The translations under genes and the position numbers were made by a program. Below are positions 6,753 through 15,117 of a DNA stretch of 32,000 bases, one piece after another. The first letter of the stretch is position 1. Each line of letters starts with the position of its first letter. The DNA comes from Candidatus Saccharimonadota bacterium. GTDB taxonomy: Bacteria; Patescibacteriota; Saccharimonadia; Saccharimonadales; Saccharimonadaceae. The notes beneath the pieces were generated by a model. It did not search any database. It saw only the letters and a list, made by a program, of their open reading frames with translations, and was not told the origin of the DNA. Where the stretch lies: positions 120,001-152,000 of the forward strand of contig JBDSDX010000001.1 of assembly GCA_039920285.1 (NCBI GenBank). The letters run 5' to 3'.

Positions 6753-6781
6753 TTGCATTTTATCACTTTTTGTGGTACAAT
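6753..6781 (+). promoter_or_regulatory. Sigma70-type promoter heading the plus-strand T4SS-like operon (TTGCAT-17-TGgTACAAT)
   Basis: ttgcat at 6753-6758, a 17-nt spacer, tacaat at 6776-6781, and TG at 6773-6774. This places the first two in-frame ATGs of the listed 6753 ORF inside the promoter. Confidence 0.6.
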
Positions 6782-6839
6782 GACATCAAACAATCAAAGA
6801 TGCCAATACTATTATTCCAAAGGATATATAACCATCACT

Positions 6840-7718
6840 ATGATCAACTCTGAAAAAACCAGTAATGAAGCTCTCGGAAACAACAAGAATATTCTTCGTT
6901 CTCTTATAAGTACCGTCCAAGCGGGTGAACTTATTTCAGCTATTAAATCAAAGGCTGAAGCAAGTAAGCACCTTGGTGTAAAAGTTGGTGTTGCTGGACT
7001 TGTTGTTGTCGGCCTTGCTGGTTGTACAACTCACGCTCCTGATGGCGACAACACTGTCTGGACACCAAGTCCAACTGAAAGTAGCGCTCCAACCACAAAT
7101 GCGACTCCTGATTTTTCACCAAAAGGCGAGATCCCTTCTCAGTACGCCAATCTCGCATCTGCAAACCCGACGGATCTTTCAGAACCTGACCAATTAATTT
7201 ATTCGAGTTGGCTCGAGCAAAACGCTGTTGCGTTTGATGCGCGATACGACCGTGTATTTGGTGGTGAAGCAACTCCTTTACCAACTGTTTCAGTCAATAA
7301 TACCGCCGTTGAAATCATAGCCCTTTATAATAACGACCTTCGTATGGCTGAGTCTTTTAGCAAAAACGGTGACGGTGTCACTCAAGATGATGATGCTACA
7401 ACAAAAGAGCTCTTAGCACTTCATGATTCTCCAAATGAATTTATGGACAAAATTGTCTCTGGTCTTGAAGACAACATGCTCGGTGATAGTAAGGCAATGA
7501 GTGTTGATCAACTTTCACTTGCAAACAAGTACCCAGACGTTTCTCAAAGCCAAATTACCTCAGAACACCTTACTACCAACTCTGATGGCAGTAAATCAAT
7601 GTACATAAACTACGTAGATAATGACGGAAACAAACAATACCGCGTATTTAACTTCAAGCAATCTGTTGACTTCAACGGTACAGCCGACGCTGGTGACAAG
7701 TGGGTTCGAGCTAACTAA
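6840..7718 (+). CDS. Hypothetical lipobox/membrane-anchored extracellular protein (first gene of T4SS-like operon)
   Basis: 6840 is the first in-frame start codon downstream of the predicted promoter. The hydrophobic stretch VGVAGLVVVGLAGC carries a lipobox-like LAGC (7014-7025). The remainder is polar, Ser/Thr/Asp-rich and has no motif I recognise. Confidence 0.55.
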   Translation: MINSEKTSNEALGNNKNILRSLISTVQAGELISAIKSKAEASKHLGVKVGVAGLVVVGLAGCTTHAPDGDNTVWTPSPTESSAPTTNATPDFSPKGEIPSQYANLASANPTDLSEPDQLIYSSWLEQNAVAFDARYDRVFGGEATPLPTVSVNNTAVEIIALYNNDLRMAESFSKNGDGVTQDDDATTKELLALHDSPNEFMDKIVSGLEDNMLGDSKAMSVDQLSLANKYPDVSQSQITSEHLTTNSDGSKSMYINYVDNDGNKQYRVFNFKQSVDFNGTADAGDKWVRAN

Positions 7719-7785
7719 AGAGCTTTTAACACCCCCATTACCACGCTTTTTAATTAACTCCTCTTATGCTTAAATAAGGGGAGTT

Positions 7786-10700
7786 ATGAATAGGCGGCTT
7801 TTAAAGAAATCGTTATTGCTCCGGCTTTTTGTTGCCCCTATGATTGTGGCGATGATTATTTCATCAGGTTTCATCGGTGCACTTAATCAAGCAAATGCCG
7901 CACTAAAAGCGACCGCGATGACTCCTGAGGAGAAAATCGAATCAGCACTCCTCTATAGATCAGTTGGTATTTGTTTGAAGAATGCTGGATTGAGAGACGG
8001 TGATGGCGTGTCTCTCTCTCGTATCAAAGAATCAAATGCTAAAATTGGTGCTTGGTTCAACGATCGTGCAAATGGCAAAGAGGGCGTCGCCCCTATTGGT
8101 GCTTATATGCGCGACACCGTCCAGAAACTACCAGGCGTTGGTGATGACTACAAACTTGACTGTGACCAACCGGAATTCATCCTTAAAGCCCTCAACTTAT
8201 GGAAACCTGGTGAAAATGGGGCGGACAATGGCCTGACACTCCTCTGTAATGCTGGCTTTGTTCGCACAAACCACAAAGATGATACACCCGCATCATGTAT
8301 TGCTGGGACGGGTGACCTCGAACGAAAGGCTGACTACAGTAACTTCAATACAGTGTACGGAGCACAGGGTAACGACAAGAGTGCTGGTCTATATGAGAGT
8401 TATATTGGAGGTCTCATTTACAACGCTGGTGGCTCAACCAACCCTATTGATGGCTGGAACTCGGTCGATTGGTACTGGTACTATACAAAGACATTCAACT
8501 GGAGCTGTGGCTACGGCAAAATGAAGAGCTCGCAAGCACTTAAATCCGAAGCTGAGGCAGGGGGAGGTGATAAAGCTTATAATATATGGAAAGCTCAGAA
8601 CGATGGAACAGTAACTAAGAGCCAATGGTATGTCGGCTTACTTGCCAAGACTGAGTCAGTTATTGTTCGGCCAAACGACGCAAGGACAAATCAAGACTAT
8701 ACAAAAACTTGTGAATTTATAGCTGGGCAAATAAATCGTTTTGCCCAAGATTATGCGACCTACAGTCTAAATAAAGTAGTGACCGCAAACTGTACAGCTA
8801 AGGGCTACAAAACACCCGACCTCGTGCCTTGTATCAATGGTGGTATCAACAGAAATAGTGACGGAACAATAAATGCACTGTACTGTGCAGACACCTACAA
8901 AACTGACCCTGCCTTAGCTGCCTGTAAAGCAGGTGCCACAACTAATGTTTCAGGCTCTGCCGAGGAAGCAGCCTCTACAACCGGTGTTGACAAGCCAGGC
9001 ACAGCCGACCAACCTTGTGAAATCGATGGAGCGTTGGGTTGGGTTATATGTCCGGCGATCCGATTCTTAGCAGGTGTCAGTGACGGGGTATTTACCTTCC
9101 TTGCTGATAGTCTTCTCAAGGTTGATCCAAAAATCTTAGCTAGCGGCACCGCTAACCCAACGTATAATGCCTGGATTATTATGCGCAATGTCGCTAACGT
9201 TGCCTTCGTTATTGTGTTCTTAATTATTATCTTCTCCCAATTGACCGGTGCAGGTATTACAAACTATGGTGTAAAGAAAATGCTGCCAAGGCTCGTCATT
9301 GCGGCCATATTAGTGAATCTGTCTTATTTTGTGTGTCAAATCGCAGTAGATCTTTCCAATATCTTAGGTTATTCCGTGAAAGGAGCCCTTGATGCGATAG
9401 GGGAAAATATCGCCAGTGTTAATGCGGTCGTAGGACAGACCAATGCTTCAAACCCCGACTTCGTTGGTATGACAAACAGTGCACTTGGACAGGCAGGTTC
9501 AGTGCTCCTGCTTCTCTCTATTCTCATACCAATCATGATAGCGGGGCTTATTGCAATTATTATCATCGTGTTTATGTTAATTGGACGACAAGCGATTCTT
9601 GTTATGCTAATCGTTATATCACCGCTTGCATTCGTCGCATTCCTATTACCAAACACACAAAACTTATTCACTCAGTGGCGTAAAATTTTTACGACGCTTC
9701 TCATGATGTTTCCGATTATATCGGCAGTGTTTGGTCTCTCAAGCTTAACGTCAACTATCCTTGCGGGTGCATTTACAGAAAACGCAGATGGGGGAGTTCC
9801 TGGTTTTATTAATCAAATCCTCGCAGCGGGCGTTCTCGTTCTACCACTCTTCCTTGTCCCAATGATCCTCAAAAAATCACTTGATGGTATTGGTTCGATT
9901 GGTGCCGCAATGAATGCCGCCGGCAACAAGGCTCGTAGTGGTGCAAACGCTGTAAAGGGTGCCGGAAAGAGCCTCGCAAAGACCGGAGCCAATGCTGGTC
10001 TCGGACGTTTAGCGAATACGAAGTTTGGTGCATCAAGAGGTGGGCGAATACTGGGTGGTATTGCTTCAGGTAAAGGTCGTCGTGGTTTTAGCGCAATGGG
10101 TGAGGCGCATGAAGCACAGACTAATAAAAATATTCAATCGCAATGGCAACGAGATGGCACCTATAACAACAGCGCAAAGCTTGAAAGTATCGCCAAAAGT
10201 AAGCCAAACTCGAGCGAAGGCCGAGCGGCTATGCACGCATTATCATCAAAGGGTGATGCGAACGAGCTTTCACGTGTTCGCCGCCATTTAGACTCAACGG
10301 GTAATACAGAAGGTATGAAAGCATTACAGCGTGCCACCGATTCAAACTTCTCAGCTCTTAAAGCCAAAAACCCGAGTGCGGTTCAGCCTATGAAACACAG
10401 CGACTGGGGCAATCTCAAAGCTGTTGAAACCTTTGGTATGAAGGATGAAGCAATTACTGAAGGTATCGCATCAAGCCCACAATTTGCACAAACCGTTAAG
10501 GCCGCGGCTCTTGATCCGCTCACTGCGAGAAACTACTCTGCCGATACTATTGCCTGGGCAAAGGGTGGCGTCCTTCCTGGTGGAGGTTCGACGAGTCCTG
10601 CTGGTCAAGCAAACCACAACGCCGCCGTTGCTGCTGGCATGAAATCGTCATCAGGCGGGCCTGCAAATATCCCAGGTGGAGGCAATCCTATTGTTACTCC

Positions 10701-11355
10701 TGGAGCTGGTGCAGCACCTGCACAACCAACACAGCCACTCGTTACTCCAGCTAGCGTTGCGGCAGCAACCGCTGCCTCAACCTCAACAAGTACAGTAGGG
10801 GATGGAAGTCGTCGTGTCGTCACCACACAAGGTGCACCAACGGCAGGTCCAACTATCGTCAATGGTATGCCGACTGGCGTCATGACGGCAACATCAACAG
10901 CCTCAGCACCTCCAACAACGACTGTTACTATGAACTCTTCAGGTGGTCGTCGGGTAACAACTTCATCGCCGAGCGCCGCTGCACCGACAACCGTAGCCGC
11001 ACCTGCAGCACAAGCTGAAAATATTGACCTACAAGTTACACACGATACCGCTCCAGCGGCTCCAGTTGCCTTTGGCTCTGGTGGTGCAAGTACGACACCT
11101 TCGAAACCTTCTCGACGAGTCCAAAGTACTGATGGCGCCTTTATTGTGAATGGTGGAGGAGAAACAACAGTTGCTATTAGACAAGCGCCCGTCGTTAGCG
11201 CTGCTGATTCTCAAGCTTCAGCTCGTGCCGCAGCCGTTGCAGCTGCAAAGAATGAACAATCGGGTGCCGGTGCCCGGGGGAGTAGTGCTGATAGTTCAGG
11301 CTTCCGTGCTCCAAATGGTGCCGGTGACGACTACCAAGACGGCATGAACAAATAG
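7786..11355 (+). CDS. Large polytopic membrane protein, VirB6/TrbL-like T4SS channel candidate, with Cys-rich N-terminal ectodomain and long low-complexity C-terminal tail
   Basis: 1189 aa. The signal peptide ends NQANA|AL and is followed by a ~400-aa Cys-containing soluble domain. A block of roughly 6-8 TM helices spans about nt 9040-9890 (VANVAFVIVFLIIIFSQL..., LVIAAILVNLSYFVCQIAV..., LLLLSILIPIMIAGLIAIIIIVFML..., ILVMLIVISPLAFVAFLL..., LLMMFPIISAVFGL..., AGVLVLPLFLVPMIL). The C-terminal ~490 aa end in an A/P/T/S/G-rich region. The VirB6 call rests on topology and operon position next to the PrgI/VirB4 genes. Confidence 0.5.
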   Translation: MNRRLLKKSLLLRLFVAPMIVAMIISSGFIGALNQANAALKATAMTPEEKIESALLYRSVGICLKNAGLRDGDGVSLSRIKESNAKIGAWFNDRANGKEGVAPIGAYMRDTVQKLPGVGDDYKLDCDQPEFILKALNLWKPGENGADNGLTLLCNAGFVRTNHKDDTPASCIAGTGDLERKADYSNFNTVYGAQGNDKSAGLYESYIGGLIYNAGGSTNPIDGWNSVDWYWYYTKTFNWSCGYGKMKSSQALKSEAEAGGGDKAYNIWKAQNDGTVTKSQWYVGLLAKTESVIVRPNDARTNQDYTKTCEFIAGQINRFAQDYATYSLNKVVTANCTAKGYKTPDLVPCINGGINRNSDGTINALYCADTYKTDPALAACKAGATTNVSGSAEEAASTTGVDKPGTADQPCEIDGALGWVICPAIRFLAGVSDGVFTFLADSLLKVDPKILASGTANPTYNAWIIMRNVANVAFVIVFLIIIFSQLTGAGITNYGVKKMLPRLVIAAILVNLSYFVCQIAVDLSNILGYSVKGALDAIGENIASVNAVVGQTNASNPDFVGMTNSALGQAGSVLLLLSILIPIMIAGLIAIIIIVFMLIGRQAILVMLIVISPLAFVAFLLPNTQNLFTQWRKIFTTLLMMFPIISAVFGLSSLTSTILAGAFTENADGGVPGFINQILAAGVLVLPLFLVPMILKKSLDGIGSIGAAMNAAGNKARSGANAVKGAGKSLAKTGANAGLGRLANTKFGASRGGRILGGIASGKGRRGFSAMGEAHEAQTNKNIQSQWQRDGTYNNSAKLESIAKSKPNSSEGRAAMHALSSKGDANELSRVRRHLDSTGNTEGMKALQRATDSNFSALKAKNPSAVQPMKHSDWGNLKAVETFGMKDEAITEGIASSPQFAQTVKAAALDPLTARNYSADTIAWAKGGVLPGGGSTSPAGQANHNAAVAAGMKSSSGGPANIPGGGNPIVTPGAGAAPAQPTQPLVTPASVAAATAASTSTSTVGDGSRRVVTTQGAPTAGPTIVNGMPTGVMTATSTASAPPTTTVTMNSSGGRRVTTSSPSAAAPTTVAAPAAQAENIDLQVTHDTAPAAPVAFGSGGASTTPSKPSRRVQSTDGAFIVNGGGETTVAIRQAPVVSAADSQASARAAAVAAAKNEQSGAGARGSSADSSGFRAPNGAGDDYQDGMNK

Positions 11356-11399
11356 CCACTCTTACCCTTTAATTCATATCTTGCTATACTATAAGCACT

Positions 11400-12329
11400 A
11401 TGGCAGAGTATAAGGTTCCGCAGGATGTCGAGGCGGATGACAAACTAATTGGACCGTTCAGTTTTCGGCAGTTTGTTTACCTTATCATCGTTGCGCTTGC
11501 TGGTGCTGCCGCGTGGGGATTAGGCCAGCTTTTTATTCCGTTAGCGATCATCCCACTCCCTGTTATTTTACTGTTTGGTGCGCTCGCCCTACCACTTCGA
11601 AAAGATCAACCGATGGAGATCTATCTTGCAGCAATGATTGCATTTTTCTTGAAACCACGTCGACGATTGTGGGATCCGGATGGCATCGAATCATTAATTG
11701 AAATCACGGTTCCAAAAGTTGTCGAAGCGCAACTGACGAAAGATATTACTCAAGCTGATGCCGACCAACGTTTTGGCTACCTTGCCAATCTTGTCGACAG
11801 TCAGGGCTGGGCTGTACGTGGACAGGGGATGCAAAACGGACCTATCAATAGCGACATCTACCTCGAGGCTCAAGGTGCAAATGATCTGCTCGACGGAAGC
11901 AACCCTATTTCACAGTCATTCAGTAATATGATGATAGATAGCGACGATCGTCGTCGTCAGGAAATGATTGATCGTATGCATCAACAGGCCGCTGCAGCTG
12001 CACAGCCAGTCACACCACCAACTCCTTCGACCTTTACGACACCTGACCCACCGACACCTATTTACAACCCGTACCCAACCGAGATTCAGCAAGCCGTCAT
12101 TCAGCCGATTAGTGCGGATCCGTTTGCGACACAACCAACACTGCCAGTTACCCCAGTTATTCCAGATGTTCCGATTCCTCAAACCACTAGCGATAACCCT
12201 GTATCTGCTGGTATAATGAATCTTGCAAACAATACCGATTTGTCGATTGAGACAATTGCGCACGAAGCAAACCGTATCCAGCAGCAACAAGATAATATGC
12301 AGGAAGAAGTGGTTATCTCTCTGCGATAA
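11400..12329 (+). CDS. PrgI family (VirB3-like) T4SS membrane protein with Pro-rich C-terminal extension
   Basis: The N-terminus MAEYKVPQDVEADDKLIGPFSFRQFVYLIIVALAGAAAWGL, followed by a second TM helix, matches the PrgI-family signature as I remember it (Y.VP.d.e.eDKi.g.ft.rQ). It lies immediately upstream of VirB4. The C-terminal half is P/T/Q-rich. Confidence 0.65.
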   Translation: MAEYKVPQDVEADDKLIGPFSFRQFVYLIIVALAGAAAWGLGQLFIPLAIIPLPVILLFGALALPLRKDQPMEIYLAAMIAFFLKPRRRLWDPDGIESLIEITVPKVVEAQLTKDITQADADQRFGYLANLVDSQGWAVRGQGMQNGPINSDIYLEAQGANDLLDGSNPISQSFSNMMIDSDDRRRQEMIDRMHQQAAAAAQPVTPPTPSTFTTPDPPTPIYNPYPTEIQQAVIQPISADPFATQPTLPVTPVIPDVPIPQTTSDNPVSAGIMNLANNTDLSIETIAHEANRIQQQQDNMQEEVVISLR

Positions 12330-12366
12330 GTCGGAGACTAACCAGGAGTGGGACGTTCCATAAGTT

Positions 12367-13257
12367 ATGCCGCCGAATAATCCATTTTTTACGACACCGT
12401 CCGCACCTCCAGGACAACCTCCGGCAGCGCCGTCTCCTTTTGGTACGCCGCCACAACCGGTTGCACCAATCGTAGCCGCTCCTGTCGCTGCTCCTCAAGC
12501 CGCTGGCTCGGGAGCGAACACTCCAACCAAGGCGACACCTCGTAACCCGAACTCAACTCAGAATACACTCCAGCTATCTGAAATCCGTGACAACATGGTC
12601 ATCATGGCTGATGGGACGTTCCGTGCCGTTGTCTCATGTCGTTCGATCAACTTCGATCTTATGAGTGAACGCGAGCGTGAAGGAGTGGAGTATAGCTACC
12701 AAAGCTTCCTTAACTCACTGACATTCCCTGTCCAAATCGTCATTCGCTCAGAACGGGTTGATATTGGTCCGTACATTGAACACCTTCTTTCATTACGTCG
12801 TGGCCAAGACAACATGCTTCTTGGCGTATTGATGGACGATTATATTAACTTTATCGACGTCCTGTCTCAAGAAGCGAATATCATGGAGAAATCTTTCTAC
12901 ATTACCGTCCCATTCTATCCACAAGGTGATATCTCTAGTATCGTCGAGCAGAGCAAGGGCTTCTTCGGCAAACTCATGTCAAAACCAAAAAATACCATTA
13001 CTAAGATTGATAAAGTCGCATACCAAAAAGCCAAAGATGAAATCAAGAATCGCATTGAAGTGGTTATCTCTGGTTTGGCTGCCATTGGTGTTCAAAGCGT
13101 TCAGCTCAATACAAAAGAGTTGGGTGAGCTGTATTACAACTTCTACAACCCCGATACCGCTGTTCGTCAGCCGCTAGGTAACTTTGATAATCTCACTAGT
13201 ATGTACACCAAAAAAGCTGATCCAAGCACTGCTCCAACCTCAGGAGGAATACTGTAA
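12367..13257 (+). CDS. VirB4 N-terminal-domain-like protein (putative split-off N-terminal module of the T4SS ATPase), Pro-rich N-terminus
   Basis: After ~65 P/A-rich residues it reads LQLSEIRDNMVIMADGTFRAVVSCRSINFDLMSEREREGVEYSYQSFLNSLTFPVQIVIRSERVDI. This resembles the extreme N-terminal region of Gram-positive-type VirB4 proteins (PrgJ/TrsE/Orf16-like). There is no Walker motif. Its stop overlaps the next start as TAATG at 13255-13259. Confidence 0.45.
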   Translation: MPPNNPFFTTPSAPPGQPPAAPSPFGTPPQPVAPIVAAPVAAPQAAGSGANTPTKATPRNPNSTQNTLQLSEIRDNMVIMADGTFRAVVSCRSINFDLMSEREREGVEYSYQSFLNSLTFPVQIVIRSERVDIGPYIEHLLSLRRGQDNMLLGVLMDDYINFIDVLSQEANIMEKSFYITVPFYPQGDISSIVEQSKGFFGKLMSKPKNTITKIDKVAYQKAKDEIKNRIEVVISGLAAIGVQSVQLNTKELGELYYNFYNPDTAVRQPLGNFDNLTSMYTKKADPSTAPTSGGIL

Positions 13258-15098
13258 TGGCACGAAAACCAACCGCAGCTGAAATTGCCAATCAACAACG
13301 CGCCAAAGAGCAAGCTGAAGTCGACCAAGCCTTTGCTAAGGGTGTCACCACTCTTCGTGATTTGATTGCACCAAGTAGTATTGAAATTACGAGTTCGTAT
13401 TTCCGCCTCGGAACCAAATATGGTCGTACGATTTATATCTACGGCTATCCTCGCCAGATTTACACTGGTTGGTTAAGTGGCCTCATTAATATTGATGAAG
13501 TTCTTGATGTCAGCATGTTCATCTATCCTGTCGACAGCCAAGTCGTCTTGAATAACTTGCGTAAAAAAGTAACGCAACTCGAAGCAAGCACGTCGATCAA
13601 TAACGAAAAAGGGAAGACCCGTGATCCTGGACTCGAAGCAGCTATTAACGATGCTGAAGAACTTCGTGACCAACTCCAAGTTGGCGCCGAGCGTTTCTTC
13701 CGTTACGGTCTGTATGTCACACTGTACGCCGATAGTGTTGAAGAGCTTGATTTCGTCCAACACAAAATTGAAACAATGTTCGGTCAGCAACTTGTCTTTA
13801 GCAAGGTAGCAAGTAGCCAACAGGAACAAGGCTTGAACAGTACTATTCCTCAAATGACTGATCAGCTTCAGATTCGTCGCAACATGAACACTGGCGCAAT
13901 CAGCACCAGCTTCCCATTCACGAGTGCCGACCTCACCCAAGATAAGGGAATTCTCTACGGCATCAACATGCACAACAATGGTCTGGTTATCTTCGACCGT
14001 TTTAGCCTCGAGAATGCCAATATGGTTGTCTTCGCGAAGTCTGGTGCAGGTAAATCATTTACTGTGAAGCTTGAAGCCCTCCGTAGCATGATGACTGGGA
14101 GTGAAGTGATCATCATTGACCCAGAAAATGAATACCAGAAGTTGTCTGATGCTGTCGGGGGAGCGTACATTCGCTTAAGTCTTAACTCGGCAACTCGTAT
14201 CAATCCATTTGATCTTCCTCGTGTGATTGATAATGATGAGGCTGACGACGCACTACGCGCCAACCTTGTGACACTACACGGACTATTCCGTCTCATGCTC
14301 GGTGGAACACAGGTTGCCAGTAATGGTGTCCCGATTTCATCACTCAATCCAGTTGAGGAAGCTGACCTCGACCAAGCTCTGATTGATACGTACGCACGTG
14401 TTGGTATTACCAGCGACCCACTGACACACAACTCGCCACCGCCAACCATTTCTGATCTTTACGATACCCTTCTTCATATGGGTGGAACTGGTCCTGGACT
14501 CGCACAGCGACTCCGTAAATATACGACAGGAACATTTGCTGGTATCTTTAGTCAACAATCAAATATCGACATTAATAACCCGATGGTTGTCTTTAATATT
14601 CGCGACCTTGAAGACGAACTGCGTCCAGTCGCAATGTATATTGTCTTGAGTCACATTTGGAACATTACCCGAACCGAGAAAAAGAAACGTATGCTGATCG
14701 TGGACGAGGCGTGGCAATTGATGAAATACGATGACTCGGCAAATTTCTTGTTTAGCCTCGCAAAGCGCGCTCGTAAATATTACCTTGGTCTCACCACCAT
14801 TACCCAAGACGTTGAAGACTTTATGGGAAGCAAAATGGGTCGTGCGATCGTTGCCAACAGTTCAATGCAACTTCTTTTGAAGCAATCTTCAAGTGCAGTT
14901 GATGTTCTGTCGGATGTCTTTAAACTCACTGAAGAAGAGAAAAAACGTCTGGCGAACTTCCCGGTCGGACAAGGACTCTTCTTCGCTGGACAAAACCATG
15001 TTCACATCCAAATCCAAGCCAGCCCAACCGAAGCACAGCTTATTACCACGAACCCCCAGATAGCAACTCAAAACCCCGACGGAACCTCGGGCGTATAG
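13257..15098 (+). CDS. virB4: VirB4-family T4SS ATPase (PrgJ/TrsE-like)
   Basis: Walker A AKSGAGKS (14034-14057) and Walker B MLIVDEA (14691-14711). Upstream is the VirB4-type region DLIAPSSIEI...GRTIYIYGYPRQIYTGWLSGL. Motifs IIDPENEY and TTITQDVEDF are typical of VirB4/TraC-class ATPases. Confidence 0.85.
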   Translation: MARKPTAAEIANQQRAKEQAEVDQAFAKGVTTLRDLIAPSSIEITSSYFRLGTKYGRTIYIYGYPRQIYTGWLSGLINIDEVLDVSMFIYPVDSQVVLNNLRKKVTQLEASTSINNEKGKTRDPGLEAAINDAEELRDQLQVGAERFFRYGLYVTLYADSVEELDFVQHKIETMFGQQLVFSKVASSQQEQGLNSTIPQMTDQLQIRRNMNTGAISTSFPFTSADLTQDKGILYGINMHNNGLVIFDRFSLENANMVVFAKSGAGKSFTVKLEALRSMMTGSEVIIIDPENEYQKLSDAVGGAYIRLSLNSATRINPFDLPRVIDNDEADDALRANLVTLHGLFRLMLGGTQVASNGVPISSLNPVEEADLDQALIDTYARVGITSDPLTHNSPPPTISDLYDTLLHMGGTGPGLAQRLRKYTTGTFAGIFSQQSNIDINNPMVVFNIRDLEDELRPVAMYIVLSHIWNITRTEKKKRMLIVDEAWQLMKYDDSANFLFSLAKRARKYYLGLTTITQDVEDFMGSKMGRAIVANSSMQLLLKQSSSAVDVLSDVFKLTEEEKKRLANFPVGQGLFFAGQNHVHIQIQASPTEAQLITTNPQIATQNPDGTSGV

Positions 15099-15117
15099 CG
15101 TATAATAGAGAGTAATT

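Noticed and set aside
7740-7785. Hairpin aactcc...ggagtt overlapping the RBS of the 1189-aa gene, considered as a riboswitch or attenuator
   Set aside because: It is only a short imperfect stem (6 bp) with a 16-nt AT-rich loop. It could equally be a weak inter-cistronic structure, and there is not enough evidence to call it a regulatory element.
10605-11214. Alternative-frame ORFs in the 3' part of the VirB6-like gene
   Set aside because: They arise from the GC-richer, repetitive Ala/Pro/Thr codon region, and every frame stays open there by composition alone.
13473-14449. Two minus-strand ORFs of 164-166 aa inside virB4
   Set aside because: They are antisense to a gene with clear Walker A/B motifs. 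They have no independent signals and show Arg/Ser-rich reverse-frame composition.
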